A stretch of DNA of 64,000 nucleotides, from assembly GCA_947167455.1 (NCBI GenBank), contig CAMVIB010000013.1, positions 882 to 64,881 on the forward strand, given 5' to 3'. Every line of letters starts with the position of its first letter. Position 1 is the stretch's first letter. Shown one piece after another: positions 27,442 to 40,589 of this stretch. Origin of the DNA: an uncultured Prevotellaceae bacterium (GTDB lineage Bacteria > Bacteroidota > Bacteroidia > Bacteroidales > Bacteroidaceae). A program made the translations under genes and the position numbers. The notes under the pieces are model-generated. The model saw only the letters and a list, made by a program, of their open reading frames with translations. It was not told the DNA's origin and ran no database searches.

Positions 27442-28356
27442 TCAGCCGAGTGCAGCGGCAATGCGGTCGAAGGCGCTGCGCCAGGGGCGCGTGCGCATGA
27501 GGATGCTCTCGAAGAGCGTGAGTCCGAGTATTGCCGTCATGATGCCGAGCAGCACGTCGATGGTGTAGTGGTGTGCGCTGTAGATTGCCGTCCACCATAT
27601 TCCTGCCGAGACGATGGCGAGCATGACCGTCCATGTGCGCTCGTGGGACTTCATGGCGTAGAAGCATGCCACGGGGCAGTAGGCGGCATGCAGCGAGGGC
27701 ACGGCGGCAAAGACGTTGCTGTTGCCGCCATAGATGGTCTCGAAGACAGGCACGCCCACCAGCTCGTCGAAGCGCAGCAGCCCGGCGGCATTGCCCTTGG
27801 TGCCTATCACGGCCTCGAAGCCGTGCTGCATGACATACCATGGCGGTGCGGCAGGATGTGCGTAATAGGCTGCGAAGCCAATGACGTTGACGATGAGGAA
27901 TGCCAGGGCATAGCGGAAGCTGAGCTGCCGACGTCCCGTGGCGTAGAGGTAGAGTGCGAAGAAGACAGGCAGCGGCACCCAGCACATATAGAAGCATCCG
28001 GCCATGAAGTCGGCCGCTGCCGAGGTGTGTGCCGTCATCCACTCGGTGGGCGTGAGCATCGTGCCGTCGGGCATCGTCACGCCAAAGAGTGCGAGCTCGG
28101 CATCATAGAGCCCTCGCGTGTCGATGTCGCCGAAGAGGTAGTTGGGTGCGAGGCCCATGGCGAAATACGCCATTCCGAAGATGATGAGTGGCGACATTGC
28201 CGCGAGGAAGCGGCATACCTCTCTCGCCGGCGACGGCGGTGTGTGGGGGCGTGTATGTGTGTCTGGGTTCATAGGCAGGTTCAGGGTTCTCAGGCAGGTG
28301 AGGAGGTTCTCAGGCAGGTTCAGGGTTCTCAGGCAGGTGAGAAGGTTCTCAGACAT
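27442..28356 (-). CDS. PAP2-superfamily membrane protein, inositol phosphorylceramide synthase (AUR1 / sphingomyelin-synthase)-like
   Basis: This polytopic protein has PSLHAAY and SAHHYTIDVLLG motifs. These correspond to the C2/C3 phosphatase motifs in the HYTxDV form seen in sphingolipid phospho-headgroup transferases. ATG 28356 overlaps the upstream stop (ATGTCTGA). An alternative start at ATG 28272 lies just after a 39-bp tandem duplication. Confidence 0.65.
   Translation of the reverse strand: MSENLLTCLRTLNLPENLLTCLRTLNLPMNPDTHTRPHTPPSPAREVCRFLAAMSPLIIFGMAYFAMGLAPNYLFGDIDTRGLYDAELALFGVTMPDGTMLTPTEWMTAHTSAAADFMAGCFYMCWVPLPVFFALYLYATGRRQLSFRYALAFLIVNVIGFAAYYAHPAAPPWYVMQHGFEAVIGTKGNAAGLLRFDELVGVPVFETIYGGNSNVFAAVPSLHAAYCPVACFYAMKSHERTWTVMLAIVSAGIWWTAIYSAHHYTIDVLLGIMTAILGLTLFESILMRTRPWRSAFDRIAAALG
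28274..28351. repeat. 2 x 39-bp tandem duplication with 1 mismatch
   Basis: GGCAGGTTCAGGGTTCTCAGGCAGGTGAG(G/A)AGGTTCTCA occurs twice. It encodes (S)ENLLTCLRTLNLP twice if translated. Confidence 0.9.
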
Positions 28357-29059
28357 GTGAGGATGTCGGGTTTAACAGCTGATTCCTCACGTGTGCGATG
28401 CGCACTAAGGCCGTGATGTTGGCCAGCACGGCAATGACGATTACCGGCACTGCCACGAGCCACACAGGGTCGAAGTGGGGTCGCACCACGTCCTGCAGCA
28501 GTCCGGCCAGGAGCAGTCCGAGCGTTGTGACGACGACGCGCTCCGGCCTCTGCATCAAGCCGACCTTGCAGTCGCAGCCCATGGCCTCGCCCCTGGCGCG
28601 GGTGTAGCTCACCATGATGCTGCCTGCCAAGGCCATGAAGGCGAAAAGTGCAAGAACCTGATAGTCATTGTAAGTAAAATAAAACGCGAGGGCAGAGAGC
28701 GTCGCCAGCTCGCTGTAACGGTCTGTGACGCTGTCGAGGAAGGCCCCGAAACGCGTCGTCATCTCTGCCGTGCGTGCCATGCGGCCATCCACCATGTCCA
28801 TGATGCTGAAGAGCAACATTATTGCCCCTGCCCAACCGAGCAGGTCGTATCTCTTGGGGAGTCCGAACACGGTCTCGAAGCGTGCCTCCAGAGCTGCCAT
28901 GACGATGATTACGGCAGCCACGATGTTGCCGAGGAGGCCGACAAGCGTTATCATGTTCGGCGTGGCTCCGAGCTTCACGAGCACGCGTATGGGTGGGTCA
29001 ATGATGCCGTAGATGCCTTGCTGTATGGCATCGCGCATGGCGCTGAACGTTGTCTTCAT
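28349..29059 (-). CDS. CDP-alcohol phosphatidyltransferase, phosphatidylinositol-phosphate synthase-like
   Basis: The protein is 236 aa. It has an exact D(x2)DG(x2)AR(x8)G(x3)D(x3)D motif, DMVDGRMARTAEMTTRFGAFLDSVTD. Confidence 0.8.
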   Translation of the reverse strand: MKTTFSAMRDAIQQGIYGIIDPPIRVLVKLGATPNMITLVGLLGNIVAAVIIVMAALEARFETVFGLPKRYDLLGWAGAIMLLFSIMDMVDGRMARTAEMTTRFGAFLDSVTDRYSELATLSALAFYFTYNDYQVLALFAFMALAGSIMVSYTRARGEAMGCDCKVGLMQRPERVVVTTLGLLLAGLLQDVVRPHFDPVWLVAVPVIVIAVLANITALVRIAHVRNQLLNPTSSHV

Positions 29060-29080
29060 ATCAGTGGAGCTGTCGTTGTG

Positions 29081-29536
29081 TCAGTATTTGCGGAAGGTGA
29101 GTGTGGTGTCTGCTGCCTGTAGTGTGAGGTTGCTACGGTCGAGACGGTTGATGTGGAAGCTTGGCGTCGTGGTGTGTATGCCCCAGGCATCCATCTCGCC
29201 GGCACTCATCTGCGCGTCGGTGATGAGGTGGTCGTCGTCGCCGTGGCTGAGGTCATGGAATGCCGCGCGTGTGATGTCATAGATGCGCAGAGAGTCGCCA
29301 CGTCTCTCGAAATGAGCAAAGTATGTTCTCGAGGTGTGCTTCTTCTCCCACTGTGTGAGGTGGAGCTGGAAGCTAAGGAAGAGCTCGTCGTCGCGCGTCG
29401 GGCGCAGGCCGTCGGGTGTCTCCACGCTCATGAGTTGCCACATGCCGTCGAGGGGGCCGTTCATCGGCACCTTGTCGCACGTCGTGAGGAGAGTCAGTGC
29501 GAGGACTGTGAGGATAGCTGTTGAGGTATGTCGCAT
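29081..29536 (-). CDS. Lipocalin-like domain lipoprotein
   Basis: The protein is 151 aa. Its lipobox-type signal is MRHTSTAILTVLALTLLTTC, followed by GMWQL, typical of Bacteroidota lipocalin-like proteins. Confidence 0.55.
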   Translation of the reverse strand: MRHTSTAILTVLALTLLTTCDKVPMNGPLDGMWQLMSVETPDGLRPTRDDELFLSFQLHLTQWEKKHTSRTYFAHFERRGDSLRIYDITRAAFHDLSHGDDDHLITDAQMSAGEMDAWGIHTTTPSFHINRLDRSNLTLQAADTTLTFRKY

Positions 29537-29539
29537 GTA

Positions 29540-31075
29540 TTATCTTATAGCATATTTCAGGGTCAGCTGCGCGCCGAAGGAGTTGCCGAGGATGCGGCCG
29601 TGGTCGAGCCCCAGGCCCAGACGTGCGCTGCAGCGCCGTGCCCAGCGTGGGCGGTAGGTGGCTTCGGCGAGGAAATAGTCCTGGCGCATGGCAGGTTCAG
29701 GCAGAGGTGTCGTGTAGGTGCCCCAGTTCCATGTTATGGATGCCATGACGCGCCAGTGCCATTCCGCCGAGGGGTCGCCGGCGATGCCGAGGTGCAGGGC
29801 CTTGACGCGGTTGTTGTAGAAGCTGAGGGTGTTGGCATGGCCGAAGACGTCGTTGTAGAGGGGCGACGTGATGAGCGGGTTGCCGATGCCGTGACCGTAG
29901 TTCTGCCATCCGGCGTAGAGGTTGTGGTTGTAGTAGTCGTCGCGACCGTTCATCTTGTCGCGGATGGTGGCTGTGCGGTCGTGATAGACGGCTCCGCTCT
30001 GGTCGGTGCTGGTGAGATACTCCACGACTGCCGAGCTTACGTAGGGATTGCGTGGCGGACGCACCTCGCCTCCGATGAGCATGTCGCGGATGCCATACTG
30101 CACGGTGAGCATGGACTGGTCCTCGAACATGCGCTCCCAGTAGGCTGTGGCCTGCCAGCGGCGACCGTGGTAGCGCAGCTGCATGACATAGCTGCCGATG
30201 GTGTTGCCGGCAGTGTTGGGGTCGGTGACGTCGGTCTCGTCGCTGCCCTGACAGATGAGAGCCTGCCAGAATGCCTTAAGGCCGTGGCCGTGCTTGAAGG
30301 TCATCAGCTCGCCGCCGCCGATGCGCAGGCTACGGGTGTTGTAGGTCGTGCCGCCGAACTGCGTGGCCATGCGCAGTCCGATCTCGTAGGTCAGCGGGAA
30401 GACCTCGCTGCGCCCGAATCGCCAGAAGAGACCCTTCTCGTGGTAGAGGGTGTGGCGTGTGTAGCGTGTCTGCGGAGCTGCCCAACGTTGCTGCCAGAGA
30501 CCGTCGGTCGTGAGGCCGTACGAGCCGTAGAGCTTCCACTTCCACCAGCCCTTGGTGCCGGGGAAGGTGAACCAGTCCACGTCCAGACGTATCTGGGGTA
30601 TGGGCTGTGCGTTGATGCCCATGGAGAGGTCGCCGCTGGTGAGCTCTGAGGAGTGTGTCTCCAATGGCAGTATCTTTGAGCCTATGGTGACATGGAGCTT
30701 CTTCCATGCCGCCTCGATATAGGCCTGCTCCACGATGCCTATGCGCTCATGCCCCTCGGCCACTGCCACGTCGAGGCCGTAGCCCAGACGCCAGCGCCGC
30801 GCCGAGTCGGCATCCATCGGCCTTATGATGTAGGCACGCTGATAGGCCGATGCCCTGCGCACGCTGGCCAGACCGTTGCGGTTGGCGGTGAGCCACAGCG
30901 GCGCGAAACTGCCCGTGGCAGCCGTTGCCGACAACTCCACGCCAATCTCGTTGCCGTCGAAATGATCGGCAAAGCGCTCACGGGCAACTGTGTCGCCCTC
31001 AGCAGTATAAGCTGCCGCAGCCTCACCCGACATGGCAAGGGAGGCAACCATTATGAATATGATAAGCCGTTTCAC
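29540..31075 (-). CDS. Capsule-assembly Wzi-family outer-membrane beta-barrel protein
   Basis: The ORF has a GTG start and a signal peptide. The N-terminal SATAATGSFAPLWLTANRNGLASV motif is typical of the Wzi family. The sequence is rich in aromatic residues and Gly, with beta-strand character, and ends ...LTLKYAIR. Confidence 0.6.
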   Translation of the reverse strand: MKRLIIFIMVASLAMSGEAAAAYTAEGDTVARERFADHFDGNEIGVELSATAATGSFAPLWLTANRNGLASVRRASAYQRAYIIRPMDADSARRWRLGYGLDVAVAEGHERIGIVEQAYIEAAWKKLHVTIGSKILPLETHSSELTSGDLSMGINAQPIPQIRLDVDWFTFPGTKGWWKWKLYGSYGLTTDGLWQQRWAAPQTRYTRHTLYHEKGLFWRFGRSEVFPLTYEIGLRMATQFGGTTYNTRSLRIGGGELMTFKHGHGLKAFWQALICQGSDETDVTDPNTAGNTIGSYVMQLRYHGRRWQATAYWERMFEDQSMLTVQYGIRDMLIGGEVRPPRNPYVSSAVVEYLTSTDQSGAVYHDRTATIRDKMNGRDDYYNHNLYAGWQNYGHGIGNPLITSPLYNDVFGHANTLSFYNNRVKALHLGIAGDPSAEWHWRVMASITWNWGTYTTPLPEPAMRQDYFLAEATYRPRWARRCSARLGLGLDHGRILGNSFGAQLTLKYAIR

Positions 31076-31173
31076 GCTACAAAATTACATAAACCGTCTT
31101 AACATACCTCATATTCTACAGCTCTTTTCACACATTTTAGCATAATTTTTGCTTACGTTTCACTCTTTCTCTC

Positions 31174-31181
31174 TAAATTTG
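31174..31181 (+). promoter_or_regulatory. -7 promoter box (TAaaTTTG)
   Basis: It lies 50 nt upstream of ATG 31231. Confidence 0.5.
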
Positions 31182-31230
31182 CACCCGCAAATAGGGACTT
31201 ACTATTTTATTAACTTACAACAAATCAGTT

Positions 31231-31884
31231 ATGAAAAAGATTCTTTCCTTTGCTGCCGTAGCAGCAGCCATGTGCTTCACAGCTTGCACAGGCAACAAGA
31301 CCTCCAACACCACCGAACCCGATTCACTCTGCTGCGACTCAGCCGCTAAGGAATGCTGCGAACAGAAGGCCGAGTGCCCCGCCGAGGAAGCCAACACCAT
31401 CGTCGCCACCCTTTCAGAACTCGTGGAGAAGGGCGATGCCGAGGGCATCAAGGCTATTGCCGCTCAGTTCTCCGAGAAGATTGCCGCATTCATCGCCCGT
31501 GGCGATGAGGAGGCAGCCACAAAGTACGCAGCCATCATCAACAACTTCGTTGCCGAGAACTGCGACAAGCTGAAGAACCTCGGCGTGGCCACCGCTTTCA
31601 GCGATGCCCTTGCCAACGTCCAGGGTCTGCCCGCCGGCATCACCGACATGGTGACTAACGCTGCCAACGGCGTTAAGAGCGACATGCTCAGCAACATCCT
31701 CAACACCGTGGCAGGTGCCAAGGACGCTGCACAGGGTGCTGCCGCTGACGCTCAGGACGCTGCCGCCGCTGCCGTGGATGCTGCTGCCCAGAAGGTCGAA
31801 GAGGGCAAGGATGCCGCCAAGGAAGCTGCCGGTCAGGCTGTAGATAACGCCGCCGCTGCTGCCAAGGAGAAGCTCGGTCTCTAA
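31231..31884 (+). CDS. Ala-rich lipoprotein of unknown function
   Basis: The lipobox is MKKILSFAAVAAAMCFTAC, followed by a Cys-rich stretch (CCDSAAKECCEQKAEC). The remainder is a helical Ala/Glu/Lys-rich low-complexity sequence. Confidence 0.6.
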   Translation: MKKILSFAAVAAAMCFTACTGNKTSNTTEPDSLCCDSAAKECCEQKAECPAEEANTIVATLSELVEKGDAEGIKAIAAQFSEKIAAFIARGDEEAATKYAAIINNFVAENCDKLKNLGVATAFSDALANVQGLPAGITDMVTNAANGVKSDMLSNILNTVAGAKDAAQGAAADAQDAAAAAVDAAAQKVEEGKDAAKEAAGQAVDNAAAAAKEKLGL

Positions 31885-31920
31885 GCATCATCTATGTACG
31901 CCCCTCTTGGGGCAAGATCC

Positions 31921-31959
31921 GAAGAGGGTGTGCCAACAACATGTTGACACACCCTCTTC
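31921..31959 (+). terminator. Hairpin downstream of the lipoprotein gene
   Basis: GAAGAGGGTGTG (31921..31932) pairs with CACACCCTCTTC (31948..31959) in a 12-bp perfect stem. The T-run is weak. Confidence 0.45.
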
Positions 31960-32078
31960 TGGCATCATGACGTGCACTGCGAGACGTGCAGACCCTGCCC
32001 GAAGCAACATAATGATATATTATCGCCGTTTTTGTGGTTACTTTTTGTTAAAAACGTCATAGATAATTGCAAAATGTG

Positions 32079-32086
32079 TAACTTTG
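32079..32086 (+). promoter_or_regulatory. -7 promoter box (TAacTTTG)
   Basis: It lies upstream of ATG 32178. Confidence 0.5.
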
Positions 32087-32177
32087 CAGCGCTGTGTGCG
32101 TCGTGGCAAGCGCCACGCCACCCGTCATTCCCGACGAGCAACAACAACCCATAATAACCCATAAACAAAACCAAAAC

Positions 32178-35060
32178 ATGCGACTAAGCAAATTCTTTCT
32201 CTCACTGGCACTCATGCTGTCGGCCGTCGGCGCGAGTGCTCAGGACATGGCTGCTGCCATGATGCAGCCCCTGCCCGTTGACCCCAAGGTGCGTGTGGGC
32301 AAGTTGGACAATGGCCTGACCTACTACATCCGCCACAACGAGGAGCCCAAGAACCAGGCCTTCTTCTACATCGCCCAGAAGGTGGGCTCCATCCAGGAGG
32401 AGGAGAGCCAGCGCGGTCTGGCACACTTCCTGGAGCACATGTGCTTCAACGGCACCACACATTTCCCCGACAGCTCGCTCATAGAGTACCTGGAGAGCAT
32501 CGGAGTGAAGTTCGGCGCACAGCTCAACGCCTACACGAGCGTCGAGGAGACAGTATATAATATAGATAATGTACCCGCGCGAGAGGGTGCCATTGACTCA
32601 TGTCTGCTCATCCTGCACGACTGGAGCCACGACCTTACGCTCGACGGCAAGGAGATTGACAAGGAGCGCGGCGTCATCCACGGCGAATGGCGCATGCGCA
32701 ACAGCGGCATCACGCGCATCCTCGTCCGCAACCTGGAGAAGCTCATGAGCGACAGCCGCTATGGCCGCCGATTCCCCATCGGACTGATGAAGGTGGTTGA
32801 CGAATGCCCCTACGATACCCTGCGCGCCTACTACCACAAATGGTATCGTCCCGACCTGCAGGGCATCATCGTGGTGGGTGACGTGGACGTCGATGCCATC
32901 GAGGGCAAGATCAAGAAGCTCTTCAGCCCCATACAGCTGCAGCAGCCCGTCGCCAAGCGCGAGTACTTCAGCGTGCCCGACAACACCGAGGCCATCATCG
33001 TCAGCGACAAAGACCCTGAGCTCACCAGCCAAGGCATCAGCATCGCCTACAAGCACGAGGCCGTGCCCGACAGCATCCGCAACACCATCGGCGTGTATCT
33101 GTCGGAACTCACGAAGGGCATAGCCTGCGGTGTCATCAACCAGCGTCTGGGCGAGCTCGCGCTGAAACCCGAGTGCCCGTTCAAGTCCGCAAGCGTATAT
33201 GACGGCCCCTTCCTGCTGTCGAGGAAGGTGACGGGAGCCTTCAACATCGACGTGGAGCCCAAGGAAGGCATGGCCCAGGAGGCTGTGCAGGCCGTCATGG
33301 CAGAGGTCTATCGCGCCGACCAGCACGGATTCACCAAGGGCGAGGTGGACCGACTCGTCGCCGAGACCGTCTCCAACATGGAACAGACCTACAACAACCG
33401 CGAGAAGCAACGTTCCATCAACTACGCCCGCGAGTACTATAGCTCGTTCCTCAACAACGAACCCATACCCGGCATAGAGGTCGAGTACCAGCTCGTACAG
33501 CAGATACTGCCGCAGATGCCTCTCGATGCCTTCAACAAGATATTCCAGCAGCTCGTCAGCCGCTCAGACACCAACCTCGTCGTCATGGCCGTGTCGCCCG
33601 AGAAGGAGGGCTTCGAGATTCCCACCGAGCAGCAGCTCATCAACGCCATCCACTCGGCTCAGACTCAGGAGCTCACACCGTGGGTTGACAACGTCAAGAC
33701 CGGCCCGCTGGTGGCACAGCTACCCAAGCCCGGCAAGGTGGTGAAGAGCGAGAAGTGCGGCTTCGGCTCCAAGATGTTCACCCTGAGCAACGGCGTGCGC
33801 GTCATCATGAAGGAGACCGACTTCAAGGACGATGAGATCCGCATGACGGCATGGAGCGACGGCGGCACGGCACGCTACGGCGTCGGCGAGCGCATCAACC
33901 TCGAGGCCTTCGACGCCGTCGTGGGCCGCAGCAAGCTCGGAGGCTTCACACGTGTCGAGCTCGGCAAGGCTCTTGCCGGAAAGCAGGCCAGCGCCGACGT
34001 CAGCATCAGTGCACGCAGCGAGGGCTTCAGCGGCTCGTCCAGCAAGAAGGACCTGCGCACGATGTTCGAACTCATATACATGCACTTCATGCCACTGGAG
34101 CGCGACGATGCTGCCGTCGAGGCATGGAAGACAAGCCTGCGCGAAGAGCTTCGCAACAAGAACCTCAACCCGCTGGCAAGCTTCAGCGACAGCGTCCAGT
34201 CAACACTCTACAGCCACCACCCACTCACCATACCCATGACGGAGGCCGATGTCGATAAGATCGACTACAACCGCATCCTGCAGATCTACGCCGACCGCAT
34301 GGCCGACGCATCGGACTTCACATTCCTCTTCGTCGGTAATGTCAACGAGGACAGCCTTCGCCTGCTCGCCGAGCAGTATCTCGCAACGCTGCCCGTGGCC
34401 AAGCGCGACGACAGCCCCGCTGACAACGGTCTGCGCGAGGCAGCAGGTGACATCACAAACCACTACCGCCGCGACATGCAGACACCCCAGGGCTACGTCG
34501 TCGCAGCATGGGCAGGACCCATCCAGCGCTCTGTGGCCAACGAAGCCAAGGTCAGCATACTCGGACAGTGCCTCGCAGAGGTCTATCTCAAGAAGATCAG
34601 AGAGGAGCTCGGAGCAGCCTACAGCACTCATGCCACAGGCTCCGTCACACGCAACTCGGCCGACGAACCCATCTATATCCTTCAGGCCATCTTCCCCCTC
34701 AAGCCCGAGATGATAGACACCTGCGTGCAGATTGCCGAGGACGTCTTCCACGCCATGGCCGTCGAGGGTCCCAAGGAAGAGAGCGTCAGCAAGGCCCGCG
34801 AGTACATGCTGAAGACCTATACCCAGAACCAGCGCGAGAACAGCTTCTGGATGCGGCGCCTGGCAACACAGGTGCGCCGTGGCTACGACCCGTATGAGAA
34901 CTATGAGAAGATAGTCTCCGCCATCACCCCCGCCGACATCCGCGACATGGCGGCATACATCACATCGATGGGCAACGTGATGCGCGTCATCCTCGAACCC
35001 GAGCATGACGGCGACGGCTCGAGTGCCGATGCCCAGAAGGACAACGTCCCGGCAGAATAA
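32178..35060 (+). CDS. M16 family (insulinase/pitrilysin-like) zinc peptidase, two-module secreted form
   Basis: The start MRLSKFFLSLALMLSAVGASAQ is a signal peptide. The inverted zinc motif HFLEHMCFNGT (HxxEH) is present. The protein is about 960 aa, as in PqqL-like M16 proteins. Confidence 0.85.
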   Translation: MRLSKFFLSLALMLSAVGASAQDMAAAMMQPLPVDPKVRVGKLDNGLTYYIRHNEEPKNQAFFYIAQKVGSIQEEESQRGLAHFLEHMCFNGTTHFPDSSLIEYLESIGVKFGAQLNAYTSVEETVYNIDNVPAREGAIDSCLLILHDWSHDLTLDGKEIDKERGVIHGEWRMRNSGITRILVRNLEKLMSDSRYGRRFPIGLMKVVDECPYDTLRAYYHKWYRPDLQGIIVVGDVDVDAIEGKIKKLFSPIQLQQPVAKREYFSVPDNTEAIIVSDKDPELTSQGISIAYKHEAVPDSIRNTIGVYLSELTKGIACGVINQRLGELALKPECPFKSASVYDGPFLLSRKVTGAFNIDVEPKEGMAQEAVQAVMAEVYRADQHGFTKGEVDRLVAETVSNMEQTYNNREKQRSINYAREYYSSFLNNEPIPGIEVEYQLVQQILPQMPLDAFNKIFQQLVSRSDTNLVVMAVSPEKEGFEIPTEQQLINAIHSAQTQELTPWVDNVKTGPLVAQLPKPGKVVKSEKCGFGSKMFTLSNGVRVIMKETDFKDDEIRMTAWSDGGTARYGVGERINLEAFDAVVGRSKLGGFTRVELGKALAGKQASADVSISARSEGFSGSSSKKDLRTMFELIYMHFMPLERDDAAVEAWKTSLREELRNKNLNPLASFSDSVQSTLYSHHPLTIPMTEADVDKIDYNRILQIYADRMADASDFTFLFVGNVNEDSLRLLAEQYLATLPVAKRDDSPADNGLREAAGDITNHYRRDMQTPQGYVVAAWAGPIQRSVANEAKVSILGQCLAEVYLKKIREELGAAYSTHATGSVTRNSADEPIYILQAIFPLKPEMIDTCVQIAEDVFHAMAVEGPKEESVSKAREYMLKTYTQNQRENSFWMRRLATQVRRGYDPYENYEKIVSAITPADIRDMAAYITSMGNVMRVILEPEHDGDGSSADAQKDNVPAE

Positions 35061-35094
35061 GCCTGAGACGACGTCACACAACGACTCCCGACTT

Positions 35095-35137
35095 GTGTGC
35101 CCACGGCAGCAGCATAAAGCTCTGGCCGTGGGCACAC
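35095..35137 (+). terminator. Hairpin downstream of the M16 gene
   Basis: GTGTGCCCACGGC pairs with GCCGTGGGCACAC in a 13-bp stem, followed by TGCTTTG. Confidence 0.5.
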
Positions 35138-35294
35138 TGCTTTGAAGCGTGTACGGAGAAATGCCATCGTGACGAGCGGAGGAATGCCATAGCAACGATA
35201 TGCAGGCTACGGCATATGTCGCACAAATATGACAAAAATGTATCAATCTGATACTTTAAGGCGCCCCGACACATCACCATAAGCAAAAAATGAC

Positions 35295-35302
35295 TACCTT
35301 TG
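35295..35302 (+). promoter_or_regulatory. -7 promoter box (TAccTTTG)
   Basis: It lies 69 nt upstream of ATG 35371. Confidence 0.55.
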
Positions 35303-35355
35303 TGCCACAAAAGGACGTGCCATACGTGGCACCGGCCAAGGCTTACGACAACTGA

Positions 35356-39939
<4,584 letters not shown>

Positions 39940-40046
39940 GGTGTGACATATTAATGAACATGCCCCATTGTGTTAAACTTTCATAAAAAAGGCTCGACAC
40001 TGCACAAAAAACGTCCCCACCAAGGCTCTGGCTCGCAAATTATGCC

Positions 40047-40054
40047 TACCTTTG
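40047..40054 (+). promoter_or_regulatory. -7 promoter box (TAccTTTG) for rpsO
   Basis: It lies 117 nt upstream of ATG 40171, which implies a long leader. Confidence 0.5.
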
Positions 40055-40170
40055 CGCGCTCAAAGCCCGAATTACGGGTGCATTCGAGGGTGGGTGCGCG
40101 ATGATTGATGACAACGGCTCGCCACCTGAAGGATGTGATTTACAAACCATTTTCACTCATCAAAACAATT

Positions 40171-40440
40171 ATGTACTTAGATTCAGCTAAGAAGGCCGAG
40201 CTCTTCGAGCAGTTCGGCGGCGGCGCAACCAACACCGGTAGCGCAGAGAGTCAGATTGCACTCTTCTCATTCCGTATCGCTCACCTCACAGAGCACATGA
40301 AGCAGAACCGCAAGGATCACAGCACAGAGCGTGCTCTGACAGGTCTCGTAGGTAAGCGTCGCGCACTGCTCAACTACCTGAAGAAGCGCGACATCATGCG
40401 CTATCGTGCTATCGTGAAGGCTCTCGGCCTCCGTAAGTAA
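40171..40440 (+). CDS. rpsO: 30S ribosomal protein S15
   Basis: MYLDSAKKAELFEQFGG...GSAESQIALFSFRIAHLTEHMKQNRKDHSTERAL is 89 aa and matches canonical S15. The track ORF starts upstream at 40105. Confidence 0.95.
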   Translation: MYLDSAKKAELFEQFGGGATNTGSAESQIALFSFRIAHLTEHMKQNRKDHSTERALTGLVGKRRALLNYLKKRDIMRYRAIVKALGLRK

Positions 40441-40447
40441 AAGCGTC

Positions 40448-40538
40448 GTCACGGATTCGCACGTCACGCCACACAGCAACGACGGCAGCATGCCGTCGCA
40501 CCACGGGCGAGGCGACGGGCGAATCCGTGACACTTTTT
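40448..40538 (+). terminator. rpsO terminator: long compound hairpin plus a T-run
   Basis: GTCACGGATTCGC (40448..40460) pairs with GCGAATCCGTGAC (40519..40531). They enclose an inner hairpin, CGACGGC-agcat-GCCGTCG, and are followed by ACTTTTT. Confidence 0.6.
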
Positions 40539-40589
40539 CCCAGACAAACGTCTTCTCACACTGACACACTCACGCACAGACACCAACCC

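Noticed and set aside
31080-31087. CAAAATTA as the promoter of the Wzi-like gene
   Set aside because: It lies only 5 nt from the GTG start at 31075. That is too close to be a -7 box for this start.
40527-40589. GTG 40527 as the YfhO start (MTLFPRQTSSHTDTLTHRHQP...)
   Set aside because: The codon lies inside the 3' arm of the rpsO terminator hairpin. The extra residues are low-complexity. GTG 40590 gives an N-terminus (NLKRLIPDIIAI...) resembling other YfhO proteins.
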